64,000 nucleotides of DNA from Nitrosopumilaceae archaeon (lineage in GTDB: Archaea > Thermoproteota > Nitrososphaeria > Nitrososphaerales > Nitrosopumilaceae), in NCBI GenBank assembly GCA_965214835.1, contig CBDCCK010000002.1:544001-608000 (forward strand), in the 5' to 3' direction. The notes beneath the pieces are model-generated. The model saw nothing but the letters and a program-made list of their open reading frames with translations, searched no databases and was not told where the DNA came from. The translations under genes and the position numbers were made by a program. Shown piece after piece: positions 9,902 to 19,523 of the stretch. The first letter of the stretch is position 1, and each line of letters starts with the position of its first letter.

Positions 9902-10668
9902 CCGGTTGTGACGCGCCGTCTTTCGCGGTATGCCAGATCCAGATTTTCCTGCGTGAGGGCAGTCCCTACTGGCCCCTTTGCAACCAGGCTTCTGTTTAGC
10001 ATGACGACCCAGTCAAAGTACCTGCCCACGGTTTGAAGATCGTGGTGGACCATGATGACGGTCTTTCCCTCCCTTCTGAGGCCCTCCAGCACCGCCAGTA
10101 TCGTCTCCTCGGTTACTGCGTCAACGCCGCTTAGCGGCTCGTCCATGAGATAAATCCGCGGATCCTGTGCCAGGGCCCTTGCGACAAAGACTCGCTGCTG
10201 CTGGCCGCCGGACAGCTGTCCTATCTGCCTGTCGGCATAGTCGGCGAGTCCGACTTTTGCAAGACAGTCCTTTGCCCTGTCTCGCGTCTCGGAGTTGGGA
10301 CGGCGCAGCCATCCAAGCCTTCCGTACAGCCCCATCTCGACTACGTCTAGCGCGTCGGTGGGAAAGTCCCAGTCCACGGATCCCCTTTGGGGTACATATG
10401 CTACATTATGTCGCTGCCGTGCGTAGGGCTCTCCATACACGCTTACCTTTCCTGCAGTAGCCGGGACCAGCCCCACTATGGCCTTGATCAGGGTGGACTT
10501 TCCCGCCCCGTTGGGCCCCACTATCGCGATCATCTTTCCCTCGGGAAGACTCAGATCAATGTTGAGCAGTGCCGGCTCGGTGTTGTACGTTACGGACAGG
10601 CTGCTTACCGTTATGGGGTGGATCCCGCCTCCCGGCGGTCCTCTCTGGTTTGAAGGCAGGTCTTTCAT
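9898..10668 (-). CDS. Metal ABC transporter ATPase (TroB/MntB-like)
   Basis: Walker A GPNGAGKST, LSGGQQQR, MDEP, HHDL. Confidence 0.92.
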   Translation of the reverse strand: MKDLPSNQRGPPGGGIHPITVSSLSVTYNTEPALLNIDLSLPEGKMIAIVGPNGAGKSTLIKAIVGLVPATAGKVSVYGEPYARQRHNVAYVPQRGSVDWDFPTDALDVVEMGLYGRLGWLRRPNSETRDRAKDCLAKVGLADYADRQIGQLSGGQQQRVFVARALAQDPRIYLMDEPLSGVDAVTEETILAVLEGLRREGKTVIMVHHDLQTVGRYFDWVVMLNRSLVAKGPVGTALTQENLDLAYRERRRVTTG

Positions 10669-11633
10669 TGCAGCGCCCGTGTAATTGTATCCACGTTGTG
10701 TCTGAATGCCCCGGTGTAGGTCCCCTCAGGCGTTCCCTCCCCCCCGATGGCATCAGAGAACAGCTCCCCCCCGATGGCTATGTCGTGTCCCCTGTCGCGA
10801 ACCGCCGCGCCCAGCGCCTCTATTGTTGCGGGGGATACAGACGACTCGACAAATACGGCGTTGATCCTTCTGTCCGCTATCGCGCCTGCCAGGTTCTGAA
10901 TCTCCCTGATTCCGGCCTCGCTGTCGGTGCTCCATCCCTGTATGGACATCTCCTCCAGCCCGTATGCCCGGCCAAGGTATTGAAACGCGTCATGGGCGGT
11001 GACAAGGACCCTTTGTCCCTCGGGGACGGAGCCCAGCCTGTCGGTACCGTACTTGTGAAGCTCCTCAAGCTCCAGTATGTACCCTTCAAGGTTATTCTGA
11101 TAGGTTTCAGAGCCTTCAGGATCATGCCGGCTCAGTGCTGCCTCGACTACCCTGGCAGCCTCCATCCAGAGCCTGGCGTCCCACCAGATATGGGGATCAA
11201 AATGCCCCCGGGCATCTAGGCTCAGCAGGGACTCGTGCGGGACGTTTTCGGAGACGCCCCATACGGGGGTGCCCCCCCTGCCAATCTTGGCAAAAATGTC
11301 AGTCATTTTGCCCTCCAGATCCAGGCCGTTGTAAAATACAAGATCGGCGTCCTGCAGCCTTTTTACATCGCCTGCGCTGGGCCTGTACAGGTGAGGATCC
11401 ACTCCCGGCCCCATCAGCCCGGTGACTTGCACCCGGTCTCCGCCGATGTTTTGGACCAAGTCCGTGACGACGTTGGTAGTCGTAGTTATCAAAATCTTCG
11501 CAGACCCGACCGGCAGGGACCGTCCCTCGTCAGGTGTGGCGGGGCCCTCACCGCCCTGCACGGCCGCGCCGGCAGAGATTCCGCCAACGGTGGCTGCAAT
11601 TATGATTGATGCAATCAGGATTGATTTTTTCAT
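10665..11633 (-). CDS. Metal ABC transporter substrate-binding protein (TroA/MntA-like)
   Basis: GVDPHLY, DPHIW, TAHDAF, ELFSD metal-ligand motifs; N-terminal signal/anchor. Confidence 0.92.
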   Translation of the reverse strand: MKKSILIASIIIAATVGGISAGAAVQGGEGPATPDEGRSLPVGSAKILITTTTNVVTDLVQNIGGDRVQVTGLMGPGVDPHLYRPSAGDVKRLQDADLVFYNGLDLEGKMTDIFAKIGRGGTPVWGVSENVPHESLLSLDARGHFDPHIWWDARLWMEAARVVEAALSRHDPEGSETYQNNLEGYILELEELHKYGTDRLGSVPEGQRVLVTAHDAFQYLGRAYGLEEMSIQGWSTDSEAGIREIQNLAGAIADRRINAVFVESSVSPATIEALGAAVRDRGHDIAIGGELFSDAIGGEGTPEGTYTGAFRHNVDTITRALQ

Positions 11634-11665
11634 TTGGATGATCAAGGAGGCGTCCAGCCCATATT

Positions 11666-11722
11666 AAAAGTTAGCCTAGACTAACTTTTTTAGGACGTAC
11701 TAATTTTTTTAGGATGGGCTAA
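11666..11722. promoter_or_regulatory. Three tandem DtxR/MntR-like operator boxes (TTAG-N6-CTAA)
   Basis: TTAGCCTAGACTAA (11671), TTAGGACGTACTAA (11690), TTAGGATGGGCTAA (11709), 19-bp period; the first lies in the near-palindrome AAAAGTTAGCCTAGACTAACTTTT directly upstream of the metal ABC operon. Confidence 0.75.
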
Positions 11723-11865
11723 CTCTGGCAGGCGAGGCGATGCGCGACATCCACGCCAGACAATCGATCATGGGCTTGGCATATCGCGTCTGTGGCACAA
11801 AAATGGCCGGCCTGCAATCGCACGCGCTACGCATGGTTTTTAGATGCAGGACTGAGACTGGATGC

Positions 11866-12360
11866 ATGCAAAAATCCTCAGTGCTCCTAGTGATCATGGG
11901 CGGACTCGTAGCGGGAGGGATGGCGCTATCCGTCCTGGGAAACGAGGTGCTTTTTGAAGACTTTGCAAAAAATGAGGGCAGGATCGGCACAGGCGACAGG
12001 CTGGAGGTCCAGGTTCCGATGGAGCAGTCAGAGAGCGGGGTGTTTGCCGTCGAGGTACTGGAGCTGAGGCAGGATACGATCTATGCTGCGATAAGTGATC
12101 CGAGCGGAAACCAGATTCTAAGGGAGGCAGTCGACAGGGAGGCATATGAGGGGTATTTTGACGTCAGCATGTCGGGAAACTATACGCTGATGGTTGACAA
12201 CTCTGATCGGGAGGAGAAGCTCATTGCGGGATACATCGGGCCGGAGCCGGATGCATCAAAGCGGACAATAGCATTCGTATCGATTTACATGCTGGTCATC
12301 GGACTAGTCGGGATGCTGGCTGCAGTCGTTTTTGCAATAGTTGCAAAAAGGCGTCGCTAG
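11866..12360 (+). CDS. Hypothetical membrane protein (N- and C-terminal TM)
   Basis: ORF with two hydrophobic segments and a basic tail; start chosen at MQKSS. Confidence 0.7.
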   Translation: MQKSSVLLVIMGGLVAGGMALSVLGNEVLFEDFAKNEGRIGTGDRLEVQVPMEQSESGVFAVEVLELRQDTIYAAISDPSGNQILREAVDREAYEGYFDVSMSGNYTLMVDNSDREEKLIAGYIGPEPDASKRTIAFVSIYMLVIGLVGMLAAVVFAIVAKRRR

Positions 12361-12668
12361 TTCAGATATCCGTCCATTTTGGTCAGTCCGTCAATTGCAG
12401 CATCAAAATTACCATCTGACTCGACTAGATCAGAGAGCTTTGCGTGATCTGCGGACAGATATGTCGAGCCTTCCCGGGATGTCTTGATCAAAATCCCCGC
12501 CTTGATCAGATAAGAGAGGTTGGACAGAATCTGTTCTTCGGATAGCTTGGATATTGAAGACAGTTCAGACAGGGGCTTTTGGCCATCCTCAAGCTCGCCT
12601 AGGACTACAGAGTTGTCCATATCAAACAGGCAGTCTACTGCCCTTTGCCGATCAATGGAGCCATCCAT
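12357..12668 (-). CDS. Small winged-helix-like hypothetical protein
   Basis: LSELS..SKLSEEQI...LSYLIKAGIL resembles an HTH; start at MDGS. Confidence 0.6.
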   Translation of the reverse strand: MDGSIDRQRAVDCLFDMDNSVVLGELEDGQKPLSELSSISKLSEEQILSNLSYLIKAGILIKTSREGSTYLSADHAKLSDLVESDGNFDAAIDGLTKMDGYLN

Positions 12669-12884
12669 GCTCAGACAGGGAACAGTCGACTTAAATTCCT
12701 TCCATCCCGACAGAGATCGGGACGGTACTTGGAAAAAACCCGCGGCGATTTTGTGCCTAGGCCGGGACGGCTTGTCTTCAGATATGGCCGACTTGCATGG
12801 TGCCCACATCAAAAAGCGGGCCATGATTTTGACGCATCACGCCCACTTTGATGAAAAAATGATCCATCTTCAACCGTACGCACC

Positions 12885-12962
12885 ATGCCCAACCTGCATG
12901 TTCTTCTGAATTTCCGCCCCTCTCGCGCGCCTAGCCCCGATAACGCATCATGGTTTTCGGGA
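12885..12962. repeat. Degenerate copy of the MITE interior at 49495-49623
   Basis: Shared TCTGAATTTCCGCCC...CGCCT...GGTTTTCGGG. Confidence 0.55.
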
Positions 12963-13094
12963 TAAGCTTGTCCCTGCCCAAGATACGCGTGGGAGATGGT
13001 GATCAATACCCTGCAATATGCCCCGGGCGGGGCAAGCTCTTACGGCCGGGTTTCTAGCATGGTTTTTATCGGGGTAGCCAAGAATCACCCATAC

Positions 13095-13661
13095 TTGAGT
13101 ACGCAGGAATACAGGCACATTGTACGAATCGTCGGAAACGACATTCCAGGCGAGAGGAAGATTCTGATAGGCCTCACACAGATCAAGGGCATCGGATACA
13201 TGTTTGCCAATGCCATTTTGGACTCGCTGAAGATCAGCTCCCATGCAAATATCGGAAATCTTACGGACGAGCAGGTGCAGTCAATCGAGAAAATCATTCT
13301 TGACCCAAAGGCGGCAAACTTTCCAACATGGTTTTTGAACAGGCAAAAGGACGTCGAGACCGGAAACGACATGCACTTGATCACATCAGATATTGAGTTT
13401 GCGATTAGAAATGACATCGAAAGGGAGAGAATCACGAGCAGCTGGAGGGGATACAGGCACATGTTCGGACTAAAGGTCAGGGGGCAAAGGACAAGGACTA
13501 CGGGGCGCAAGGGCGGCGCAGTAGGGGTTGCAAAGGGCGGCAAGGTAATGCCACAAAAGAGCAGCACCCCGGCAGCGCCGACTGCAGGAGCGGCTCCGGC
13601 AGCAGCTAGTGCACCTGCAGAGGCCAAGAAGGAAGAGGCCCCGGCAGAGAAAAAGGAATAG
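13095..13661 (+). CDS. rps13: 30S ribosomal protein uS13
   Basis: [27 protein letters not shown]; Ala/Pro-rich tail; TTG start assumed. Confidence 0.95.
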   Translation: MSTQEYRHIVRIVGNDIPGERKILIGLTQIKGIGYMFANAILDSLKISSHANIGNLTDEQVQSIEKIILDPKAANFPTWFLNRQKDVETGNDMHLITSDIEFAIRNDIERERITSSWRGYRHMFGLKVRGQRTRTTGRKGGAVGVAKGGKVMPQKSSTPAAPTAGAAPAAASAPAEAKKEEAPAEKKE

Positions 13662-13670
13662 GTGGCACAG

Positions 13671-14348
13671 ATGGGAGATCCAAAGTATCCACGAAGAGTT
13701 TGGAAGAAACCAAAGCGTCCGTTAAACTACGAGCTAAAGATGGAGGAGCTAAAGACGCTAGGGACATTTGGGCTAAAGACGAAAAGGGAGCTGTGGAAGG
13801 CACATACGGAGCTGTCCCGCGTCAGACACCAGGCAAGATCACTGCTTGCGCTAGGCCAGGAGGTGAGGCAGGAAAGGGAGCCAATCCTGATGAAGTCGCT
13901 ATCAAGGATCGGGATTGTAAGCCGGGACTCTTCACTAGATGATGTGCTGAACCTGCAGGTTACAGACCTGCTTGCAAGAAGACTGCAAACCATCGTAATG
14001 AAAAAATTTGGGTTCCAAACGCCATACCAGGCAAGACAGGCAGTAGTGCACGGCCACATCATGATCGGGGACAGAATAGTGGACATTCCGTCCTACACAG
14101 TGGCACTAGACGAGGAGGGAGACATCAGGCTGAGGCCAGACTCGGGACTCTGCGAGGTTCTTGAAAAGGCACAAAAAGAGCAGCCAGAGGCCCCATCAGA
14201 GGCGGGGGAGCCGGCCGAAGGCAGTGCGGGGGAGCCATCGGACAATTCCTCAGGCGCTTCCTCAGATAACCTGGCGGGGGAGCCGGCCGAAGGCAGTGCG
14301 GGGGAGCCTGCCGGGGAGGTCGAGGCCTCAAAAGGCCCGCAGGAATAA
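13671..14348 (+). CDS. rps4: 30S ribosomal protein uS4 with acidic repeat tail
   Basis: MGDPK, RRLQTIV, QARQAVVHGHI. Confidence 0.95.
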   Translation: MGDPKYPRRVWKKPKRPLNYELKMEELKTLGTFGLKTKRELWKAHTELSRVRHQARSLLALGQEVRQEREPILMKSLSRIGIVSRDSSLDDVLNLQVTDLLARRLQTIVMKKFGFQTPYQARQAVVHGHIMIGDRIVDIPSYTVALDEEGDIRLRPDSGLCEVLEKAQKEQPEAPSEAGEPAEGSAGEPSDNSSGASSDNLAGEPAEGSAGEPAGEVEASKGPQE

Positions 14349-14386
14349 GCTTATCTCTAAATATTCAAAGCAAAATACGAGGTATC

Positions 14387-16144
14387 ATGTGCTCCATAAT
14401 CGGGTTTTACGGCAACGAGGAGGCAGCCCCAATTCTGGTAAAGGGCCTCAAGCGGATGGAGTACAGGGGGTATGACAGCGTAGGGGTTGCAACAAGGAAC
14501 GGCTCGGAGATCTCCCTGAGGAGGGGGGTGGGCAAGGTAGACGAGGTCAATTCCGCAAAAGGGCTTGACCGGCTGCATGGAAAATCCGGGATCGGGCACA
14601 CGAGGTGGGCAACGCATGGGGGGGTGACGGACTCAAACGCACACCCGCACCCAAGCAACTCGGGCAAGATTGCGGTGGTGCATAACGGAATAATTGAGAA
14701 CTTTGAGGAGCTAAGGAGGAGGCTGGAAGGCCGGGGGTATGCATTTCACAGTGAAACAGACACAGAGGTGATTGCAAACCTGCTGCAGTACAACTATGAA
14801 AGAACCCGGGACGAAAAGGAGGCCATGATCTCCACACTAGCAGAGCTCAGGGGCCACTATTCGTTTGTCGCAATGTTTGAAAGCGGAAGGCTGGCAGTTG
14901 CCAGATTCCACGAGCCGCTCATCATCGGGGTCGGCAAGGACAGTTATTTCCCATCCAGCGATGTCCTGGGATTTATCGAGACTACGGACTATGCAGTCTA
15001 CATCGAGAACGGGAACTTTGCCCTAATCGACAAGGATCTGAGGATCTTTGACTTTGGCGGAGCTCAGGCCAAGTTCCCGATAACCAAGGTCTCAAAGGAG
15101 TTCGCAGACGCATACAAGGGGGACTTTGCGCACTATACGATAAAGGAGATCTCAGAGCAGCCCCAGACCATTCTCAAGGCAGGGGAGAACACGCCAGAAT
15201 CGATAGAGCGGGCAGTGGACTGCATTTGCCACGCCAAAAATACCTACATCACAGGAAGTGGGACCAGCTACAATGCCGCACTGATTGCAAAGTACATGAT
15301 CTCAAAATACGCAAAGATAAGGGTGGATCCGATAATCTCCAGCGAGCTGCCCCACTCCCCCGAGGCCATAGAGGGCGGCTCGATCATGATTGCAGTCTCG
15401 CAGAGCGGGGAGAGCGCAGATGTCCTAGAGGCAGTAAAGATTGCAAAGCAGGCAGGCTCTGAGATCATCTCGATAATCAACCTGCTCACGTCGTCCCTGG
15501 CACACGAGTCGTCGGTAAAGATCGGAATGAACTGCGGCCCCGAGATAGGGGTGGCCGCAACCAAGAGCTTTACGGCGCAGCTGGCAGTAATCTACAAGAT
15601 AACCGACAGGCTGTGCGGCGGATGCATGAGGCTGGACTTTAAGAAGGCGTCAAAATGCATGGCAAAAATCCTGGAGGATCACTCCGGAATCAAGGGCATT
15701 GCAAAGGAGTTAAGAGAGATTTCGGACATCTACATCCTTGGAAGGGGCATCCATTTTCCCATAGCGGCCGAGTCGGCGCTGAAGCTAAAGGAGCTGGCAT
15801 ACATCCACGCAGAGGGCATTCCAGGGGGGGAGCTCAAGCACGGACCGCTGGCGCTGATGGACTCTAGCGTTTTTGTGATAATTATCAATCCGGGCGACGC
15901 GACGTACGAGGATACGCTGACCAGTGCAAGGGAGATCAAGGCACGGGGCGCAAAGATTATCGGGATTTCAGACAGGCAAAGCGACGTATATGATCACTGG
16001 ATTCGAATTCCGGAGATTGAGGAGTCCATGTATCCGCTTTTAGAGGTGGTTCCCATCCAGCTTCTTGCGTATTATTCTGCGCTGGAAAAGGAGACGGATC
16101 CGGACTATCCGCGAAACCTCGCAAAATCGGTCACCGTCAGGTAA
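14387..16144 (+). CDS. glmS: Glutamine--fructose-6-phosphate transaminase
   Basis: N-terminal Cys, EYRGYDS, GHTRWATHG, ELKHGP, PRNLAKSVTV. Confidence 0.97.
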   Translation: MCSIIGFYGNEEAAPILVKGLKRMEYRGYDSVGVATRNGSEISLRRGVGKVDEVNSAKGLDRLHGKSGIGHTRWATHGGVTDSNAHPHPSNSGKIAVVHNGIIENFEELRRRLEGRGYAFHSETDTEVIANLLQYNYERTRDEKEAMISTLAELRGHYSFVAMFESGRLAVARFHEPLIIGVGKDSYFPSSDVLGFIETTDYAVYIENGNFALIDKDLRIFDFGGAQAKFPITKVSKEFADAYKGDFAHYTIKEISEQPQTILKAGENTPESIERAVDCICHAKNTYITGSGTSYNAALIAKYMISKYAKIRVDPIISSELPHSPEAIEGGSIMIAVSQSGESADVLEAVKIAKQAGSEIISIINLLTSSLAHESSVKIGMNCGPEIGVAATKSFTAQLAVIYKITDRLCGGCMRLDFKKASKCMAKILEDHSGIKGIAKELREISDIYILGRGIHFPIAAESALKLKELAYIHAEGIPGGELKHGPLALMDSSVFVIIINPGDATYEDTLTSAREIKARGAKIIGISDRQSDVYDHWIRIPEIEESMYPLLEVVPIQLLAYYSALEKETDPDYPRNLAKSVTVR

Positions 16145-17195
16145 AGACCCGGGCATACTCGCGCTCGATGCTTTCAAGCATCTGGTCGGTGCCCAGCTCG
16201 GCACGCAGAACAGCTGAGATCATGCTCCCCCCGGCACCGACCCCCTCCTTTGCAAACCCCTCAGAAAAGGCCCGGAGTCCGGGAATCCCCGACTCTGACA
16301 GCCTCGGATCGACTGCGATGACGGGAACGTCATCGATTTGCTTTACGGTCTCAAGAAGGTTGGCAGACCGGTCATCGACTATGTACCTGGTCGTTCCAAT
16401 CGCAACGGAGCTGTTATGATATCCCAGCGTCTTGGCAAACGCCAGGACTGCGGCCATCTGGGTTCCGCCTGCCAGCATAACCTTGCACATTCCAGATGCG
16501 GTGCTTAGCATCCCCGCTACGAATGGAATCATCGGATCCCCCATGTTTGCAACTATTGAAAACGGCTCCTTGCTGGCCAGCCTAGAGGCGGCCTTTTTGA
16601 GGACGGACTTTTTCAGATCCACCGGGTTTTTGTCCAAGCTGGAGCTTGACATGGCATCGTAGCCCAGCCCACGCAGTGTTGCCATGGCCGTAGTTGTTCC
16701 GGCAGGCATGCTCTCGCCGATGACCAGGCAGTCAGTCAGGGAGGCAAGCGTCCTTCCGACAATTCGCCCAAAGTCAACTGCGTGGACTACGTCCTCGTGC
16801 CTTAGCGCGGGGGACTGCTCGATGTTTGCGCCGTGGGGGAGGCCGGTTGAAATGAAGGGCAGCCCGGGGGGAATCCTGCTGCCCGCGTTGATTACAATGT
16901 GCGGGATGCTGGCAGACTCTAGTGCTACCTTTGTAAGCAGTGCGGGAGTCGGCTTTCCGTCGGGGGTCTTCGGGATTCCATCGATGCAAAGGCAGCTTCC
17001 ATAGTGAAGAAACTCTGCGTCTGCCGGGGGGGTATACCTCATCATGCCGGGCGCCGAGCCGGCCGCGGTTATGCCGGGAATCTCGCTTGTGTCAGTGTGT
17101 GAAATGACCAGGGCAAATGAAAAGCGGCCTTTTCTGACAGAGTCCACAAATGACCTGCCCTTTGCCTCGCCAAGGCAAATGTCAAAATCGCTCAT
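16137..17195 (-). CDS. cobT: Archaeal nicotinate-nucleotide--dimethylbenzimidazole phosphoribosyltransferase
   Basis: IPGITAAG, TPPADAE, GESMPAGTTTA, LAGGTQM, KEGVGAGG. Confidence 0.85.
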   Translation of the reverse strand: MSDFDICLGEAKGRSFVDSVRKGRFSFALVISHTDTSEIPGITAAGSAPGMMRYTPPADAEFLHYGSCLCIDGIPKTPDGKPTPALLTKVALESASIPHIVINAGSRIPPGLPFISTGLPHGANIEQSPALRHEDVVHAVDFGRIVGRTLASLTDCLVIGESMPAGTTTAMATLRGLGYDAMSSSSLDKNPVDLKKSVLKKAASRLASKEPFSIVANMGDPMIPFVAGMLSTASGMCKVMLAGGTQMAAVLAFAKTLGYHNSSVAIGTTRYIVDDRSANLLETVKQIDDVPVIAVDPRLSESGIPGLRAFSEGFAKEGVGAGGSMISAVLRAELGTDQMLESIEREYARVFT

Positions 17196-17806
17196 GGCTG
17201 CCCCATCATCTCAGCAAAGTCATCCTCGCTTCTCTTTTGCATGACAAAGTTGGTTTGCTTTTCCCTCCCAACGGTGGACGTCGGGCTAGAGCCGTAGTCA
17301 TGGCCCGGCAGGATCTCAAGATCATCGTCAAGGTTATGCAGTACGTCAAAGAGGCTGTGGTAAAGCTTCCTTGCGCTGCCTCCCGGCAGGTCAACGCGCC
17401 CGCAGTTTCCAACGAAAAGGGTGTCTCCAGAAAACAGTTTTCCGCCCCCCAGTAGGCACATGCTGTCCTCCGAGTGGCCCGGGGTGTGAAGGACGGCCAG
17501 GGCGGCCTTTCCAAACTCGATCCTGTCGCCATCTGAAACCGATATGTCGTGTTCAAGCTCCGAGTTCTCATGCTGGATGACTTTTGCGCCAAGGGATTTG
17601 GAGAGGCCCGCGTTTCCAGCGGTGTGATCAAAGTGATGATGGGTGTTTACAATGTACCTTACAGCCAGGCCATTTCGGGCCACCACCTCCTCGATTTTTT
17701 CCAAGTCCCAGGATGGATCGATGACTATGGCCTCCGAGGTCTCCTCGTCCTCCACGACGTAGGTAAAGTTCTGCATGTTGCCCACGGGAATCTGATGAAC
17801 CCTCAA
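17192..17806 (-). CDS. MBL-fold hydrolase (glyoxalase II-like)
   Basis: THHHFDH, HTPGHS, GDTLF, PGHDY. Confidence 0.9.
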   Translation of the reverse strand: MRVHQIPVGNMQNFTYVVEDEETSEAIVIDPSWDLEKIEEVVARNGLAVRYIVNTHHHFDHTAGNAGLSKSLGAKVIQHENSELEHDISVSDGDRIEFGKAALAVLHTPGHSEDSMCLLGGGKLFSGDTLFVGNCGRVDLPGGSARKLYHSLFDVLHNLDDDLEILPGHDYGSSPTSTVGREKQTNFVMQKRSEDDFAEMMGQP

Positions 17807-18450
17807 AGTATTCCCTCCTCTGCCTCCGGGGGAATGCCGATTTTCTCAGTGAACAGCTCGCCGGTCAGGTCCCTTCGCTTGGGAATTCCCTGCTTTGTTT
17901 TGTGAAACGTTACAGTCAGGTTGCACCTTGCTGCAGTGTTTGCAGTCTCCCCGGTCTGCGGATCTAGCCCGGATGGGACGTCGACTGCAAGCTTGAAGCA
18001 GTCAGCCTGATTGACGTAGCTGATTGCAGATGCATACGGATCCCGGATCTCGCCGGAAATCCCGGTTCCCAGAATCCCGTCTATGATTATATCGGGGGCA
18101 AAGTCAAGCCCGGCATCGTCCCCGGGCAGCAATCGTACCGAGGGCATCTTCTCCAGCAGTGACCAGTTCCAGCTGCTCTCCTCGGTCTTGATTTTATCGG
18201 CGTCCCCAAGGAGCCTTACAGTTACATTTGCGCCATGGCCTGCAAGATGTCTTGCCATCACCAGCCCGTCGCCGCCATTGTTGCCCAGGCCTGCAAAAAC
18301 CAGGATGTCTTTTGATTCGACGTCGCCAAACTTTTCAACCAGCCGCCTGACTGCGGCGGCCCCTGCGTTTTCCATCATGAACTTTTTTAGAAACCCCATG
18401 TCATGCCCCCTGTTCTCTATACGGTACATTTGATCTACCGTGATCTCCAT
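17803..18450 (-). CDS. nnrE: NAD(P)H-hydrate epimerase (YjeF N-terminal domain)
   Basis: MENAG, GNNGGDG, DGILGTG, AVDVPSG. Confidence 0.92.
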   Translation of the reverse strand: MEITVDQMYRIENRGHDMGFLKKFMMENAGAAAVRRLVEKFGDVESKDILVFAGLGNNGGDGLVMARHLAGHGANVTVRLLGDADKIKTEESSWNWSLLEKMPSVRLLPGDDAGLDFAPDIIIDGILGTGISGEIRDPYASAISYVNQADCFKLAVDVPSGLDPQTGETANTAARCNLTVTFHKTKQGIPKRRDLTGELFTEKIGIPPEAEEGIL

Positions 18451-18528
18451 GGCTTCAAGAAGGCAGCAGCTAAGATAAGAGCCTTCGGATGGCAAACGGC
18501 TTTATCCCAGAATCAGGCAAAGCCTTGC

Positions 18529-19143
18529 ATGGCAGTCAAAAACGCAGAGACATCCCTGGACAGGATTTCAAAATCGCTTACAAGAACCCAGGATGCAAGA
18601 GAGTTCCTGCTAAAAAATACCAGGGAGGTTGTGATCTCATGCAGCAAAAGCATCATAGCGGTGCACGGCGGGGATATGAGGGGTGCCAAATCCAGCCTGC
18701 AGAATGCCGGCAGGCTGCTAGGCGAGTACAGGAAAAAATCAAGGGGCAGCCTGGCGCGATACCTGATCACCCCAGAACAAGAGTTCGTGGAGGCCGCAGC
18801 ACTGATTGCGATTGCGCAAAAAAAACAGATCCCGTCCAAGGACGTCCTCAGGGTTTCTGACGAGTCATATGTGCTGGGACTGCTTGACTGCATCGGGGAG
18901 CTAAAGCGCTTTGTCCTCGACAGGATCCGCGGTGACGACCTCAGGGAGGCGCTGAGGGTATTTCAGGTCATGGAGGACCTGTTTGCGCTGCTGTATCCAT
19001 TTGCAAGCCTGGACAAGGTGGTAAAGGAGGCAAGGAAAAAGCTGGACGTAAACAGGATGCTCGTTGAGGATGCAAGATCGGTCATCACGCAGGAGATCAG
19101 AAGGAAGGATCTAATCGACACCATCAGGAGGCTGGAAGGGTAG
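18529..19143 (+). CDS. Translin family RNA-binding protein
   Basis: EQEFVEA, YVLGLLDCIGELKR, RKKLDV. Confidence 0.85.
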   Translation: MAVKNAETSLDRISKSLTRTQDAREFLLKNTREVVISCSKSIIAVHGGDMRGAKSSLQNAGRLLGEYRKKSRGSLARYLITPEQEFVEAAALIAIAQKKQIPSKDVLRVSDESYVLGLLDCIGELKRFVLDRIRGDDLREALRVFQVMEDLFALLYPFASLDKVVKEARKKLDVNRMLVEDARSVITQEIRRKDLIDTIRRLEG

Positions 19144-19147
19144 TGTA

Positions 19148-19232
19148 TGCGGGCGATGGGATTTGAACCCACGAACTCCTGAGAGACTAGCCCCTCAAGC
19201 TAGCGCCTTTGGCCAGGCTGGGCGACACCCGC
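19148..19232 (-). tRNA. tRNA-Leu(GAG)
   Basis: Cloverleaf GCGGGTG...CGCCCGCA; anticodon arm CTAGC-TTGAGGG-GCTAG; long variable arm. Confidence 0.95.
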
Positions 19233-19283
19233 ACCGGAAAGTTCTTGCATGGTTTTTATAATCCTTGGTTGCCTCTTGCGAAT

Positions 19284-19520
19284 ATGCTAGTGCCTGTAAG
19301 ATGTTTTACCTGCGGCAGCCTGATAGCAGACAAACATGGGGATTATCAAAATAAAATAAAGTCAGGAGAGGATCCAGACAAGGCGCTTGACTCGGTAGGA
19401 GTCAGCAGATACTGCTGCAGGCGGATGCTGCTCACATCCATGGAGACAATACAGCAGATCATTCCGTTCTATGAGGCAATTCACAGACGCAATCAGGAAA
19501 TCCAGTCCGAGCTGGAATAG
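19284..19520 (+). CDS. rpoN: RNA polymerase subunit N (Rpo10)
   Basis: PVRCFTCG, RYCCRRM. Confidence 0.97.
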   Translation: MLVPVRCFTCGSLIADKHGDYQNKIKSGEDPDKALDSVGVSRYCCRRMLLTSMETIQQIIPFYEAIHRRNQEIQSELE

Positions 19521-19523
19521 ATT

